DNA of 64,000 nt from NCBI GenBank assembly GCA_976551045.1, contig CDPCPM010000005.1:17484001-17548000 (forward strand). Direction: 5' to 3'. This DNA is from Glaucostegus cemiculus. Its lineage: Eukaryota. The notes beneath the pieces were generated by a model. It was not told the origin of the DNA. It made no database searches and worked only from the letters and a program-made list of their open reading frames with translations. The position numbers were made by a program, and so were the translations under genes. Below are positions 28,001-36,900 of this stretch, piece after piece; within the stretch, counting starts at the first letter, position 1, and each line of letters begins with the position of its first letter.

Positions 28001-31000
28001 TTTGATTTAAAGTATTGGATAAACTGAAGGGACAACAATGAAAGATAAGTACTTTGAAAAATGATTTTATGAAATCTTACCTTCAATCATTTCACCAATT
28101 TTGTTACAAATTCCTGTGGCAAAATCCCTAATGTATAAATGCAAATGTCATAAATCACAAATAGAAATTTAACAAATTCATAAAACAAAATTTTGAAATA
28201 AGTGGAATTAATTTCAGTTCTTCTGAATTTTAAGCAAATTTTACTTTTTAAAATACATTTTCCCATGTGCATGCAAGTACTATTTGTTGTTATTCTCAAC
28301 AAAACTGACAATTAACCATACAGTATATGTGTGCATGAATCCTATCTAAAAGAGAGAGGCAATTATTCTTAACCATCAACTTTGTGGCAGCTGTAAATGC
28401 CACACTGAAGTCTAGATGTACTCACTTGGATTGTGCAGAAAAATGAGCAGCAGCATATATGGCAGCTTCTACTTCAATATTGTCATGCGAATCTAAACTT
28501 TGCCGAATATTGTGATGAGCATTTTTTCTGTCAGGAATAATAGAAGCCATACTTCCCAGCATTCTGCAAAAGGAAATAATCCCGTGAATTGTATTTTCAT
28601 GGACTAGGTACATAATGATTGACAAAAATAGAAGTGCTCATACATAAAAACAAATAGCTCCTGTGTATGTTTATAAACCAGGAATTTATCATGAGAACTG
28701 AATTAAATTCAAAGCAGATTGCACTTGAAAATGAAAACTCCATGCATAACTTACATCAGGCATGACTTAACTAGAGCAAATATTGATCAAATGGTGTAGA
28801 TGAGATGTATTGTAATGGTAAGACTTGCTAGGTACACACTGAAAAAATGAAATCACTTTACAACGGCCCCTTTAAAACCCATTTTATTCTGTCTGACACC
28901 AATATTCTTCTTACATTAGTGCACGCTCGTACAAGTTTATTCAGAATTAATTTACCGTTATTACTTGGAAACCCAATGACCAATATAGCATACTTCTTTC
29001 GAAACATAACATACTCAGCAGGAATATAAATCAGCATGACTATAATGCAGTTACTTAATGTCTTATGTTGGTTTGACAGGCTTATTTTGACTAATTATCC
29101 ATAACAATATAAGTGCTTCAAAGGCACAACTTCACTGAAATTTTACTTACCTGAGAGTGATGGCTCTGGCCACTGGATCATTGCTATGGATAACTGAGAA
29201 GACCCTTTTCACAAACTCATCAACATTTAAGATTTTCTCCAAGTGCTTTTCACTCTGCTGAGTCACCTTCAGTACACACAATCTCAAAAAGTTGTTTCTA
29301 AAGATGGAAAGTGGCCAAGTTAATAAAACTCTTCTTAATCCCCAAATTAAAATGTTAAAGATAGTGCCCAGCATTATCCTTTGAAGTGATTGTAATATTT
29401 ACCCAACTCTGAAGATGTCCGCAAGTTTCAAAAAAGCAGAATTTATAAGAATTGGAAACGGATACTTCTGGAACAGCCGAGGAAAACGAACAACTGCCTC
29501 ACACTGCTCACCAAGTTTTCCTGACCTCAGCCCTTAAGAGAAAGAATAAAAGACATTACATTGCGACATCATTTTTCAGCTTCATATTTTAAGGTTAATG
29601 TAAGGTTAGATTCAAAATTTCTTTGTATTGTGTTGTTGAACAATACACTTTTGGATCTTGCCGAGGAATCCTAATAGACGGCACAGTGGCACTGCAGGTA
29701 TTGCAGTTGTTTTACAGCTCCAGTGAATCAGCTCCAGAACCTAGTGATGCTGACCTGTCAGTGCGGAGCTTGTACATTTTACCTGTCATCACATGGGCTT
29801 CCTTCCACATATCAAAAACGTGCTAGTTGTTAGGTTAATTGGCAACAGTAAATTGCTCTCAATATCGGTAGGTGGTAGGGGAATCACGAAGGCGTTATTG
29901 GGTATGTGACAGAGAATAGGTTAGAGGGAAATAAGCGGGGGAATGAGATTGATGCAATTGCTGCGAGAACCCATTTGGACTCAACAGGCTCCTACTAGTC
30001 ATGGGATCTGTTGTAACATAGATTGTGACCTACGATTGTGGCTTCTATTTGAAAACAGTATTAACCTGTGCTCCTGGCTGCTGATTCTGAGCATCATTCT
30101 TCAAGAAACAAGTCAAAATCTGTTGCTTCAATCTATTTTGTCCAATATATTTGTTGACTTTATTGTAATGCACATTTCATATACAATTTCAACAATAAAG
30201 CTCTGCTGTTTTAAATTTATTCAGCATGTATTAAACTGTAATTCTAATATGCAAGTTACTCAGATGGCAAATGTTAGGCAGACACTTGCAATGAAACAAT
30301 TTATTAGATGCACACTGCAAAACCTCATCCCTATACATTGTTATCCTTCATCCATTTGTCAATCATTCTCTGGCTCCTTCCTGGTTTTTGTGAACGCAAA
30401 TTCCTAAATCTCACTGTTGATGCAAATTTTCATTCACAAGCAAGTGGAAACCCCATATGTAGCAGCAACTTAAGTGAAGAGTCAATAATGACAGAATATC
30501 ATTCCAACAATTTCTTCCATATATTGGCTTAAGGAAAGAAGTTCTGTAAATCAAATGATAATTCAGAAGAAACTGAGAATAGATAAAAGAGAAGAATATT
30601 TTCTTGAACTGCAAGACAGGAGTTCAGCACATCTGAAATAGGTGATGACAAGGAAAGAAGAGTGGCTCTGTGAATTGGAGAGGGAAGAATACAAAAGGAA
30701 TCAAGAGCAATAATTCCACTGGTAGACCTTCACCTTACACAAAGAAGATTGTTGTGGTTGTTGGAGGTCAACCGTCTCAACACAAGCACACTATATGAGG
30801 TCCTCAGGGCACTGTTATCACCCAAACACTTTGACTATTTCATCAATGGTCTTCCATCTGTCATAGGAACAGAAATCTGGATGCCAGCCCTTGATTGCTG
30901 AACGTTCACTTTCTTTTGCAATTCCTTCGAAATTAAAGCAAGCTATGCTTGTATGCAGCAAGACCTAAACAACATTCAGGCATGGATTCATGGTAACATT

Positions 31001-33715
31001 AACACTCCTGCCCACTAATCCCAGGCAATAACCATCTCCAACAAAATAAATCTAACCATCTACCTTTTGCAATTCAATGATCATTGGTGAACATCCAATT
31101 CAGCAGTTCCGGCTGAATACAACTACTTCAGCCGTACCTTTGACAATCATATTCTGGCCTGGGATATCATAACTGGGATGTTCTTGGATTCTACATCAGC
31201 TATTAGCTGTCAAATTACCATTCATGCCCTGGTTACCATAGACCTGAAACTTAATTGGACTAACCACAGAGGTACAAGAGGACCAGTATCCTGTTCTGAT
31301 TTACTTATCTCCCAACTTCCAAGAGCCTTTCCATTATTTACAAAATACAACTTAATTGTGTGCCTGAATGAGTTTGGCTCCAACAATACAAGCTCATCAC
31401 CATCCAAGACAAGTAGCCCACCAGACTGGCACTCCATTCACCTCCATGATTACTCACTCTCTACAGCATAGATACACCACAGCTGCAAAGTGTACTACTG
31501 ACAAAATGCACTACAGCTATTCCACAATGCTTCTTTTGGCAGCACCTCCCAAACTCGCAATCTCTGCCTTTGGGCATTAAGGCAGTGAGCACATGGAAAT
31601 TAACATCAGCTGCAGATTTCCTACCACGTCATACACCATGAAAATATATTGCTGTTCCTTCATCACTAGATCTAAATCATGAATCTCCCTAATGAACAAG
31701 ATTGAAGGAGCACCTTTACCAGAAGGACTGCAGCAATTCAAGCAGACAGCTCACCACTACCTTCTGAGCAGTCATTAGAGATAGATAATATATGCTGTTC
31801 TAGCAGCACCCATAATTCATAAATTATTAAATAAAAAAAACTATGAACAGAACAAAGAACAGAGCCCAGAAAGGAGGAGGTACCATGCAGGTGATAAGGT
31901 CTTCATTTAGGAAAGGCTTTTCATGTGCCAAGTATAGCATGGTTAAATACTAGTAAATTATGAATAGTATTTTATTTGACAATTTATAAATTGTCACTGT
32001 TGTCCTTGACACTAGAAATTGTATTAGGGAATGCATGCGGCTTCAAGCTCCTGGGCATCAACATCTCAGAGGATCTATCTTGGGCCCAACACATTGTTGC
32101 AATCATGAAGAAGGCACACCAGCAGCTCTACTTCATTAGGAGTCTGAGGAAATTTGGTATGTCACCAAAGACTCTTTGCAAATATCTACAGATGGACAGT
32201 GGAGAGCATTCTGGCTGGTTGCATCACTGCCTGGTATGGAGGCTCCAATGCGCAGGATCAAAAGAGTCTGCAGAGTGTTGTAGACTCAGCCAGCTCCATC
32301 AGACTCAACCCTCCCCATCACCTTCAAGATGATCTTCAAGGGGTGGCGCCTCAAGGTGGCAGCATCTATCATTAACCACCCAGGTCATGCCCTCTTCATA
32401 TTACTACCACTGGGGAGAAGGTACAGGAGCCTGAAGACCTACGCTCAACATTTCAGGAACAGCTTCTTCCCCTCTGCCATCAGATTTCTGAATGGTCCAT
32501 GAACACTACCTCATTATTCCCTTTTGTGCACTATTTATTTATTTTTGTAACTCAGTAGTTTATGTCTTTATGTTTTGCACTGTACTGCTGCCACAAAACG
32601 ACAAACTTCATGACATATGTTGGTGATAATAAACCTGATTCTGAAATGAAATACTGTGTTTTTGTTATACAGAACATTTAACATTCTTTGTTTGCAAATC
32701 ACAGATCAGAGCATCACCGACAATCACGAGCAGTGTACTTCCAACCAAACTAATTGAATCATCCTGGTGACAATAGTCAAGTCCACATTAGAAACTTGAT
32801 TACAAAATTAATAACCTTACCATGACAGATTTGACAAGATCAGCTACTTTGAAGAACTTCAGAAATCTCATAGCTCAGAGTTAATTTTGTTTGAAAATAA
32901 TTGTGTCACACAATAATCGAGATGGTGGCTAATAACTTGTTTTCGTGGTCTGAAACAAACAGTGACAAGTCACCATTAGCCTGGAATTGGAAGTAACCCT
33001 TCGTTTAGGGGGAAGAGCTTATCGCCAACGACAGGGTTCGCCACAAAAAATGGAGAGTGCGGATGGAAAAACGGGATCAAAACTCTGCTTCTCCACTCAT
33101 GCTCAATGGTTACAGGATGTTATGTCGTATCTAAATTTAGAGAAGATTCATTGCTCTATCTCTGGATCTATTCTGAACTTTCAAATATTATGACGACCAT
33201 TTTTGAACTACTTTCAAAACCACTGATTTGGTGCTTAAAGTACAGATATTAGCCAAAAAATACAATGTCTTTAGGATGTTACTAAACAGCTTCGGTTTTG
33301 GTAGGGCGGTAGATTTTTTTAATAATAAAATTATTCCAACTTATCAATACTAATTAGTTATCATTTTTATTAATATGAAACAGTGATTTTTAGTGTGATT
33401 CAATATAATCTATTTTGTAATATTTTTCTTTTGTTTCATGTACACTGTACTTTTTATTTAGAATTAATAAAAATATTGGAAAGTAAGTAAAACTCCGCTT
33501 GCATCAAATCAAAGGCAGACTCTGACCTGCAGCTGCCCGCTGCACCACAACACCCCTCCCTCCGTGCTAATGGGCGCTGGCGCCAGGGAGACACCGGCCC
33601 GCACTTCCCAGGATCTCATACCTTTATCTAGCTCCATCAGCGCAGAGTTGGCGTCCATGTCCTGCTCGCCGTAACCTCCCTCGGACAGGAACGGCCTGGC
33701 TACAGTTAACGCCAT
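970..33715 (-). CDS. INTS7: Integrator complex subunit 7, spliced CDS, exons 1-16 (3' partial)
   Basis: 16 GT-AG-bounded exons join in frame (2180 nt) to give MALTVARPFLSEGGYGEQDMDANSALMELDKGLRSGKLGEQCEAVVRFPRLFQKYPFPILINSAFLKLADIFRVGNNFLRLC..., recognised as INTS7; remaining exons are off the left edge. Confidence 0.97.
1039..2119 (-). other. U12-type (minor spliceosome) GT-AG intron, INTS7 intron 15
   Basis: 5' splice site GTATCCTTTT; branch-like CCTTTAAC at 1050-1057, about 11 nt upstream of the intron end; short 3' end TTTATCCATAG. Confidence 0.92.
2120..2223 (-). CDS. INTS7: INTS7 exon 15 (104 nt; absent from the ORF track)
   Basis: tag|MKISMEEFRSLATRYHDLYQSSFDADSATLRNVE(L); donor CT|GTATCCTTTT. 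Confidence 0.94.
2780..2885 (+). mobile_element. Decayed Penelope pseudo-LTR 3' fragment
   Basis: TGATGAAGGATCTC...TGAAAC...CAGATACAGCCTGACTTGCTGA resembles the arm at 14899-14990. Confidence 0.55.
3150..3344 (-). CDS. INTS7: INTS7 exon 14 (195 nt)
   Basis: AASTPTNPLTFQCEFVKLRIDMLQAFSQLICTCNSLKTSPPPAIATAIAMASGNDLQRCGRITNQ; cag/gtatgt. Confidence 0.95.
3520..5450 (-). mobile_element. Old, heavily decayed CR1 LINE
   Basis: CR1-type 3' end (GGAGCAGGAGT...GAGCCTGCTCC) and reverse-strand RT/EN remnants similar to the 40552-44389 copy. Confidence 0.6.
6256..6462 (-). CDS. INTS7: INTS7 exon 13 (207 nt)
   Basis: GNHDMAGELYHGLLTQVASEHFYFWLNSLKEFSKAEQCLAGLQESESSVALACIAEALKHYQRGIASLT; cag/gtaagt. Confidence 0.95.
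8172..8309 (-). CDS. INTS7: INTS7 exon 12 (138 nt)
   Basis: VALATVIFVANQKTMSTDVKNVIKQQLENGANGWTVYKIARQASRM; cag/gtgagc. Confidence 0.95.
8445..9091 (+). mobile_element. L1-clade LINE 3' fragment with poly(A)
   Basis: ORF2 C-terminus IAFVTLMAKRAILLNWKDPISPTTFQWFSQTISCLNLEKIR...WSPFIQYF, T-rich 3'UTR, AATAAA then A-tail. Confidence 0.8.
9958..10197 (-). CDS. INTS7: INTS7 exon 11 (240 nt)
   Basis: TAFTCMVKLMCSRPHLSQPVVESLLTQLHTAQDIARIPMCHCLAAIAVQLPVLGEGMLGELLELYKMIGLSSTDKQQELM; cag/gtaaaa. Confidence 0.95.
11000..11680 (-). mobile_element. Decayed CR1 LINE 3' fragment
   Basis: Reverse-strand remnant of the [14 protein letters not shown] region (GTTAGGCCGCAACTGTAGTATCGCCCCCAGTTCTG). Confidence 0.6.
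14575..14612 (-). ncRNA. Minimal type I hammerhead ribozyme motif (PLE-associated)
   Basis: CGGUC CUGAUGA AGGGUCUUGGCCU GAAA CGUC AACUG: intact core, palindromic ACGU stem III, one stem I mismatch. Confidence 0.65.
14899..14936 (+). ncRNA. Minimal hammerhead motif, GAAA mutated to AAAA
   Basis: CAGUC CUGAUGA AGGGUCUCAACCC AAAA CGUC GACUG; perfect stem I. Confidence 0.55.
15770..16270 (+). mobile_element. CR1 3' fragments (one short 3' tail nested in another)
   Basis: RGDLIEV-like remnant; GTGGGCCGAAGGGCCTG...TGTGCTGT CR1 3' stem at ~15940. Confidence 0.6.
16420..16517 (-). CDS. INTS7: INTS7 exon 10 (98 nt)
   Basis: FLALEQDAVFALESLLVLCSQENNVGAQNALK; tag/gtaagg. Confidence 0.93.
18320..18775 (+). 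mobile_element. CR1 LINE 3' fragment
   Basis: GAGATTCACCAGGATGTTG (RFTRML) through GTGGGCTGAAGAGCC 3' stem. Confidence 0.7.
19332..19463 (-). CDS. INTS7: INTS7 exon 9 (132 nt)
   Basis: NTTTPAHSDDLIKLAQECCYHSNCAIAAHGVTVLTNIASCLEK; aag/gtaacc. Confidence 0.92.
19830..21052 (+). mobile_element. CR1 LINE fragments with a nested 5'-truncated SINE (~20618-20740)
   Basis: ISKFADGTKLGG RT motif; the SINE segment matches the 3' half of 62600-62853. Confidence 0.7.
21652..21769 (-). CDS. INTS7: INTS7 exon 8 (118 nt)
   Basis: SLCECALQSPYDSLKLGILSVLSTLSGTIAMKQYYYNSQ; aag/gtaagg. Confidence 0.93.
22720..23290 (+). mobile_element. Very old CR1 3' fragment
   Basis: Degenerate similarity to the CR1 ORF2 3' region. 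Confidence 0.45.
24023..24145 (-). CDS. INTS7: INTS7 exon 7 (123 nt)
   Basis: IQLLLQYLKEDPRKAVKRLSVQDLKLLANKTPHMWSRDNIQ; acceptor ggaaaag, donor gtaact. Confidence 0.92.
25020..25219 (-). CDS. INTS7: INTS7 exon 6 (200 nt)
   Basis: LATPVDLKLKLIPILQHMHHDAALASNTRVLLQQLVALYPSTKMVVVTLHTFTELAASSLVDIPKQ; cag/gtaaga. Confidence 0.95.
25815..26210 (-). mobile_element. CR1 3' fragment
   Basis: GGTAGAGAATTCCAAAGATTCACCAC matches the CR1 ORF2 end (reverse strand). Confidence 0.65.
28081..28127 (-). CDS. INTS7: INTS7 exon 5 (47 nt)
   Basis: DFATGICNKIGEMIE; tag/gtaaga; phases fit neighbouring exons. Confidence 0.92.
28426..28563 (-). CDS. INTS7: INTS7 exon 4 (138 nt)
   Basis: MLGSMASIIPDRKNAHHNIRQSLDSHDNIEVEAAIYAAAHFSAQS; ag/gtgagt. 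Confidence 0.95.
29151..29297 (-). CDS. INTS7: INTS7 exon 3 (147 nt)
   Basis: NNFLRLCVLKVTQQSEKHLEKILNVDEFVKRVFSVIHSNDPVARAITL; ag/gtaagt. Confidence 0.95.
29403..29532 (-). CDS. INTS7: INTS7 exon 2 (130 nt)
   Basis: cttaag|GGCTGAGG; LRSGKLGEQCEAVVRFPRLFQKYPFPILINSAFLKLADIFRV; donor GG|gtaaat. Confidence 0.95.
29678..29995 (+). mobile_element. Decayed tRNA-derived V-domain SINE
   Basis: GGCACAGTGGC head, GTGCGGAGCTTGTACATTTT V-like core, TAGGTTAATTGGC. Confidence 0.6.
30715..31815 (+). mobile_element. Decayed CR1/L2-group LINE RT and 3' region
   Basis: VVVVGGQ...PQG...FINGLPS RT remnant; 3' region ends near an A-rich tract. Confidence 0.55.
32035..32645 (+). mobile_element. Rex1/Babar LINE 3' fragment
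   Basis: FKLLGINISEDLSWAQHI...QLYFIRSLRKFGMS; ESILAGCITAWYG; ends AATAAACCTGATTCTGA. Confidence 0.85.
33088..33485 (+). mobile_element. L1-clade LINE 3' fragment
   Basis: THAQWLQDVMSYLNLEKI is homologous to the 8495 fragment; AATAAA at the end. Confidence 0.7.
33622..33715 (-). CDS. INTS7: INTS7 exon 1 (coding part, 94 nt)
   Basis: GCAGCCATGG Kozak context; MALTVARPFLSEGGYGEQDMDANSALMELDK; donor G|GTATGA. Confidence 0.95.
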
Positions 33716-33943
33716 GGCTGCAGAGTCCTCCCTCTCCCCCCACCGCCGTCTTCCCAGTGATGCCTCTCGATCGGGAAGTGACGCCGCGGCCGCTGCGAGC
33801 GGAACCGCCGCTTCGTCGCGACATTCCGCCCAGGGGCCCGGACCAATCACGGGGCGTGACGTCGATTTGGCGGGAGGTTGGCTGTAGAGAGAAACGCGCG
33901 GGAGTCCGTAGCAGCCGGAGTTCTTGCAGTCTGGATTTCAAGG
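33716..33943. promoter_or_regulatory. Bidirectional CpG-island promoter and 5'UTRs of INTS7/DTL
   Basis: 228 bp between opposing ATGs; the only CpG-dense unique stretch; GGAAGTGACG (33774-33783), CCAAT (33843-33847), GGGGCGTG, TGACGTC (33857-33863), TTTGGCGGGA E2F-type (33866-33875). Confidence 0.9.
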
Positions 33944-33992
33944 ATGCTGTTCCGTACTGTGTTGAGTAGCAGAGTTTGCAGCAAAAAGAGGG
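33944..33992 (+). CDS. DTL: DTL exon 1 (coding part, 49 nt)
   Basis: [16 protein letters not shown] (human begins MLFNSVL); donor G|gtgaga; phase fits exon 2. Confidence 0.88.
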
Positions 33993-36900
33993 GTGAGAGG
34001 GTGTTATTAACTTATTGTGTCAAGAAGCATCTAACATTTTAAAAAGTGGCCTGCTGATAACTTCTTGTGGATCTACGCGTGTTTATTAAACAAACATTCC
34101 AGCATTGCTTTCAGTCTATTGGTTTCATTGAATGTATACGAATATTTCCATGTTTCCTTGGTTGATTGCATTTGTAGGTATAACCCCAATCCTGATCATT
34201 TGAAATATGCCGTAGTATATTCCAGGGTGACTTGCGTGTTTCACTGCAAAATGAATTTTAAGCAATTCCACGTTAATTGTATTAACGATATCGCTCTCAG
34301 CAACTAATGGCTTTAAACCAGGGCATTTTCTGCTCTTCGATACTGAATCTCAGCCACAAGCGAGTTCAGAATCAGAATCAGAGTTGATGAAGCTACTGAG
34401 TTTAGTGAACTGGAAATCGGGATTGAGTATTTCCAGTGGGGGTAGAGATGGTTGAACGAGTTTGATCAAGGCTATAGATGACTCCTGCGTGCAAACGAAA
34501 ATATATTTAAAAAGTTAGTAATAGAGGAATGTCTGTGTGGAGACCCCAAATAAATTGGGATTGCGCACAAGACCAGAATTCTTACAACAATGCAATGTTG
34601 TAATCATCTGCTCTCTACATCCACGTTCAGATTGAATGAGTTTATTTCAAGTTGTTTGCCTTTGTGCATGATGAAAATAGTGTGGAGAGAAAATCAATTT
34701 AAGATGCCATTTGATCCAGCAACTCTAACAAGCAATTAAAATTGCTCTCTGGTGGCTTGTGTTCTCACCATCTTGTGTGAAATGGAATTGAGAAAAAAAT
34801 CAGCAAGGTCCCGCTTCATTATCGCCTAGCAGAGAGACAGGAAGCGTGTTAAACTTGGTTCAAAGCCGAGGGGGAAAATATGGGCCACTTTTAATGATTA
34901 CAATTTAGTAACCCGTGTAAATATGCTTGATGTCATGGATGTTTTAGATTATACATATCTCATTGTATGCAATCTGAGAAGAAACTCAAATACATCAGAC
35001 GTGCCTTTTAGAGTTGTTTCTTGTGCATTATTTGTGCACCCTGCACCTTTCTTCAGTAGAAGCTAGGAACCCAACATGCGGCGAGGACAGAGCAGAAGCA
35101 GCTTGATGCTACGGTTATCTAAGACATCGATCAACTGTGTTCCTAAAGTAGTAATGTGAGTCTGAAAACTCCCGACTAAAGTGACTTCATTGTGTAGCAC
35201 TTGAACATAGGAGACATAAAGAAATGTAAGTGGTTTGTTGAGTTAAGCCTAATAACAGTTAACGTGAGAGCTATGCGAGATGGCAGCTCAGACATAATCG
35301 TGTTATGTCGGGAAATTTAGCGTTTCTGATAAAGCCCGTGAATTCTTCATTTCTTGTGTAGAGCGGGTGGGGATGATCAACAGGGGAAAATAATATTGTA
35401 AGTGAGAGGGGAAAATAATATTGTGAGAGTGTACCTGTTCGAAAGTTACAAATTCAGAAACCAGAAGGTCAAGTGAGACCTTTAGTGATTGTGTAGTTGC
35501 GTTCAAAAGTCTGTTTTAAAACTGTAATTTTGGTGCCTTCTTGAACCCAGCACTGCAAGGGATAGACAATGCACTACAGATGCTGGAATCTAGATGAAAA
35601 ACACGATGACGCTGGAGGAAGTCAGCAGGCCAGGCGGCACCCAAAGCAGGCGGTCAACGTTTCCGGTCAGGACCCTTCTTCAGGACTGAAGACAGGAAAA
35701 GGGGGAAGCCCAATATATAGGAGGGAAAAGCAGAACAGTGATAGGCGGATAAAAGAGGGGAGGTGGGGTGGCCATAAGGTGGTGATTGGTGGATGCAGGT
35801 AAGAAATAGCAATAGGCAGGTGCAAGGGAGGAGGGGAGAGAAGGTCCACTGGGGGATGGGTCAAAGGTATGGAGAGAGAGAGGAAAAAAAGTTGGAAGAA
35901 AAAGAGGCTAGGAAGGGGAAGAAGCAGTGGGGGGTGGAATTACCTAAAGTGGGAGAATTCAATGTTCATGTGTCAGGCTGCAAGGTTCCCAGACAGAAAA
36001 TGAGGTGCTGTTCCTCCAGTTTGCGCTTGGAATTCTCCTGGCAGTGGAGGAGGCTGAGAAGCACCTCCCTTAACATCATCTACTGCATTTGGTGCTCCAA
36101 GTGTGGCCTCCTCTATGTTGGTGAGACCAAACGCAGACCAGGTGACCGTTTCACTGAACACCTGCGGTCTGTCCGTAACTGCAATCTGCATCTCCCTGTT
36201 GCCAGTCACTTCAACTCCCCCTCCCACAATGTCACTGATATGACCTTGCAACCTTTTTTCCTCTCTCTCTCCATACCTTTGACCCATCCCCCAGTGGATC
36301 TTCTCTCCCCACCCTTCCCTGCACCTGTCTATCGCTATCTCTTACCTGCATCTACCTATCACCACCTTGTGGCCACCCCACCTCCCCTCTTTTGTCCACC
36401 TATCACTGCTCTGCTTTTCACTCCTATATATTGGGCTTCCCCCTTTTCCTATCTTCAGTCCTGAAGAAGGATCCTGACCCAAAATGTTGGCCACCTGTTT
36501 TTCTCCATGGATGCTGCCTGCCCAGTGTCATTGTGTTTTTTGCTGCAGGGTTCAGCAGTTGAGAAACAATTTTGATCGGTTCAGCAGTTGAGAAAATTCA
36601 ACTGAAATTATTAAGTGCACAAGATTTAACACTTGACCATGTATGTAAGATAATCCCATCGATACAAATGGCTTCCAAAAACTGCATTTCACCTGGTCCA
36701 TAATATCAGTGTTACTCTGGTATTTGGGTAAATGGCAGAAGCAAAGATGAGATTTCCAAAATTTAGCCAGGTTCACGTGAGCACTTCTTTAAAAAAAAAT
36801 CCTATGTGACTCAAAAGGTGAGACATGCAAGAAAAGCTATCATCAGTATAGTGGAGGTCATCCACCACAGGTATACTAGTTCAGAGCAGATAAATGATGC

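Noticed and set aside
33509-33969. Overlapping ORFs at the promoter, including an N-terminal extension of INTS7
   Set aside because: GC-rich sequence lacks stops, and the extension uses a non-ATG start; the ATG at 33715 has a strong Kozak context and fits the known N-terminus
35793-36464. 223-aa ORF with a GIY-YIG motif as a possible novel nuclease gene
   Set aside because: It is a chance read-through of an inverted pseudo-LTR, a short Penelope endonuclease piece and the other pseudo-LTR; the flanks are low complexity
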